A DNA stretch of 64,000 bases from Auanema rhodensis (taxonomy: Eukaryota > Animalia > Nematoda). The translations under genes and the position numbers were made by a program. Position 1 is the stretch's first letter. Each line of letters starts with the position of its first letter. Shown here one piece after another: positions 61,140 to 64,000 of the stretch. The notes beneath the pieces are model-generated. The model searched no databases and was not told the origin of the DNA. It saw only the letters and a list, made by a program, of their open reading frames with translations. Location: contig OZ059899.1 of assembly GCA_964057225.1 (NCBI GenBank), positions 13,516,001 through 13,580,000 of the forward strand. Reading direction: 5' to 3'.

Positions 61140-62424
61140 GTTGAAGTGATTGCTTGATGCCTGTTTCTGCTGAACGCATGCGTTATATAGTGCCATACGA
61201 TGCGCGAAGTTGTTTGCTCATATCCGGTACTTCCTTCTGATTTAGTTAGCTCTACTTTTCTTTTTCGTTTCATCTCAAACAACTACCCGGTTCGGAGTCT
61301 TTGCCTTGCGGCAAAGATAAACATGGTAACTTTTTTTCAATTAGTCTGTGATTTTTTTCAAAAAATTTAACATCAATCTTAGGATGATCTGAAAATTGCC
61401 AATGAGCTGTCATCTATGAACATACAACACCTTTTATCTTTGTAACTGTATCTGTGAATGACAGCACTCTTTAGACTGTGTTAAGCGTCGAGGGCCTGTT
61501 CTGCTCTCTATGTGTACGGAATGGGCGGAAAAAAAGACTCAAAGAGAAAACTTTCGGTGTAGTTACTTAACAACATTTCGGTGTATGATCGTTAAAATAT
61601 ATTATTCACAGCAAAATTGTTTAATTCAATTTTTTTTTTCGAAAGAAAGCAAAACCTATTAGTTGTATAGATATATATATATATATAAATAAAGTTACTC
61701 CGTATACCATACTAGTTCCTTTTATTTTGGTCTGCATACTATATAATCTGTACGAAGTTTATTCTTTTCTAAAGAATGTTGATAATTCATAATCTCTGAG
61801 TAATCAAACTACAAAATTATGCAGCAGTTACGAATTTCAGTTTTTTTTTCGAATTTTGATAGAAATATTAATATTAAATCAGATTTAATGGTCAATGTAC
61901 TGTTAAATACGTGGCGATCAGATATTCGGACAAATTCAAATTTCCGTTTTCACGTGCACTGATGACAATTTTTTTATTTGAAATTTCAATATCTGATCGA
62001 GTGGTTGCATTTTCATAAATTTTTTGAATATTGAGTTTGATATGTACAGATTTCTATTTTATTTTAGTTTGTAACAAACAGAAGATTCATAGAAATTTTA
62101 TTTTTTGATTAATATGAACAGATAATGAAGATCAAAGACATAAAGCTCTAGTAAGGCAACACGTGTGATGAAAATTAAAATAATTTCTAACAATCAATAA
62201 AGAAAAATTAAAATGAAATACAAAGAACATCAGATTGGTATGTAATATTGTAAGTAATGTTGTGAATTTAAAGTAAAACAATGCAATATCTACAGTTATT
62301 ATTAGATTATTATTAATAGTATTATGGCAGAATTTTGGAAAAGGCAAGAAAGATCAAATAGACCGAAGAAGAGTTAAGAGAAGTAAAAGGTAATACGAAG
62401 ATTAGTATGTAGTATGTACAACTT

Positions 62425-63307
<883 letters not shown>

Positions 63308-64000
63308 TGTGAACCTGGAAATAGAAATAACATTAGTGATACTTGTCACGAAGTCACGGTAATAACAGTTTATGAGCAAATTGGAAAGTTCAAACATTCG
63401 GATGAGCAACATGGGAATTATGAGAACGAGCAGACGAAGGTTGTGATAAAGTCTTGGACAACTGATGAGTTTCTGTCATCATATGAGAACAATGTTCACC
63501 AGATGCCGACGACGACATCTTTACAGCCTCTTGCCCCTCCTTAGATACTTGTAGATTTAGAGACACAACAACAGAAGGTTAATGAATAAACGGATACGTT
63601 GGCGGAAGTGAGTTCAGCTCTAAGGAAGTACAGGGAAAACTTGATCGAAAAGGAATTTTGGCTCATCTGTTCTATTTGCGACTCCAACATTCAACTACTT
63701 CAACACTTTCTAGGACTGATAAGAATAAGTTAATGAATAAGGTAACTAGATGTGATCGCAGCTTAAGTTGAGCTTGAGCGGATAAGTTGGACATATACTG
63801 ACCAGAAGTTTGAGAAAAAAAGATTTTGAGGGAAAGAGGGATTAATGTAGTATAGGTGAGAAAACTATTAAGATTTCATAAAACCAAATGGTAATAAGCT
63901 GTGTCGTGTGTATCACATTGAACAAACTCATTAGTACTTTCTGAACATTACAATCCAGAATGTATCCAAACGATGTATCTGATGATGATGATGATGATGT

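Overview
Eukaryotic DNA from an AT-rich rhabditid-type nematode: ~40-55 nt introns, TTTCAG/TTTTAG acceptors, trans-splice-like acceptors just before ATGs, and an operon-like gene cluster. The species cannot be determined from the sequence. The gene-dense core (6.6-46.4 kb) holds a LisH/FOP-like gene, dhfr-1, gls-1/ZCCHC14-like, a RING + matrin zinc-finger gene, imp-1 (SPPL), tin-13, an LDLa/LRP11-like gene, vps-4 with an antisense GPCR nested in an intron, gsa-1, a small 4-TM gene, car-1, pad-1 (~46 introns), a Fer-type SH2 tyrosine kinase and a secreted/ER saposin-like gene. The flanks are gene-poor and microsatellite-rich; the right flank holds a DOR/TP53INP-like LIR gene with an E-box-rich upstream region, a Maverick/Polinton adenain remnant next to a pseudogene, two small genes and a Snail/Scratch zinc-finger gene. 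Gene models were spliced and translated by hand; homology calls come from remembered motifs, not database searches. Best leads: relaxed 3' splice sites (many AAG, GAG, one GT..TG and one GT..AT intron), the Maverick protease fragment, the DOR-like autophagy gene with a CACGTG cluster, and a GC-rich uORF/structure module at the gsa-1 start. No complete novel system is proven.
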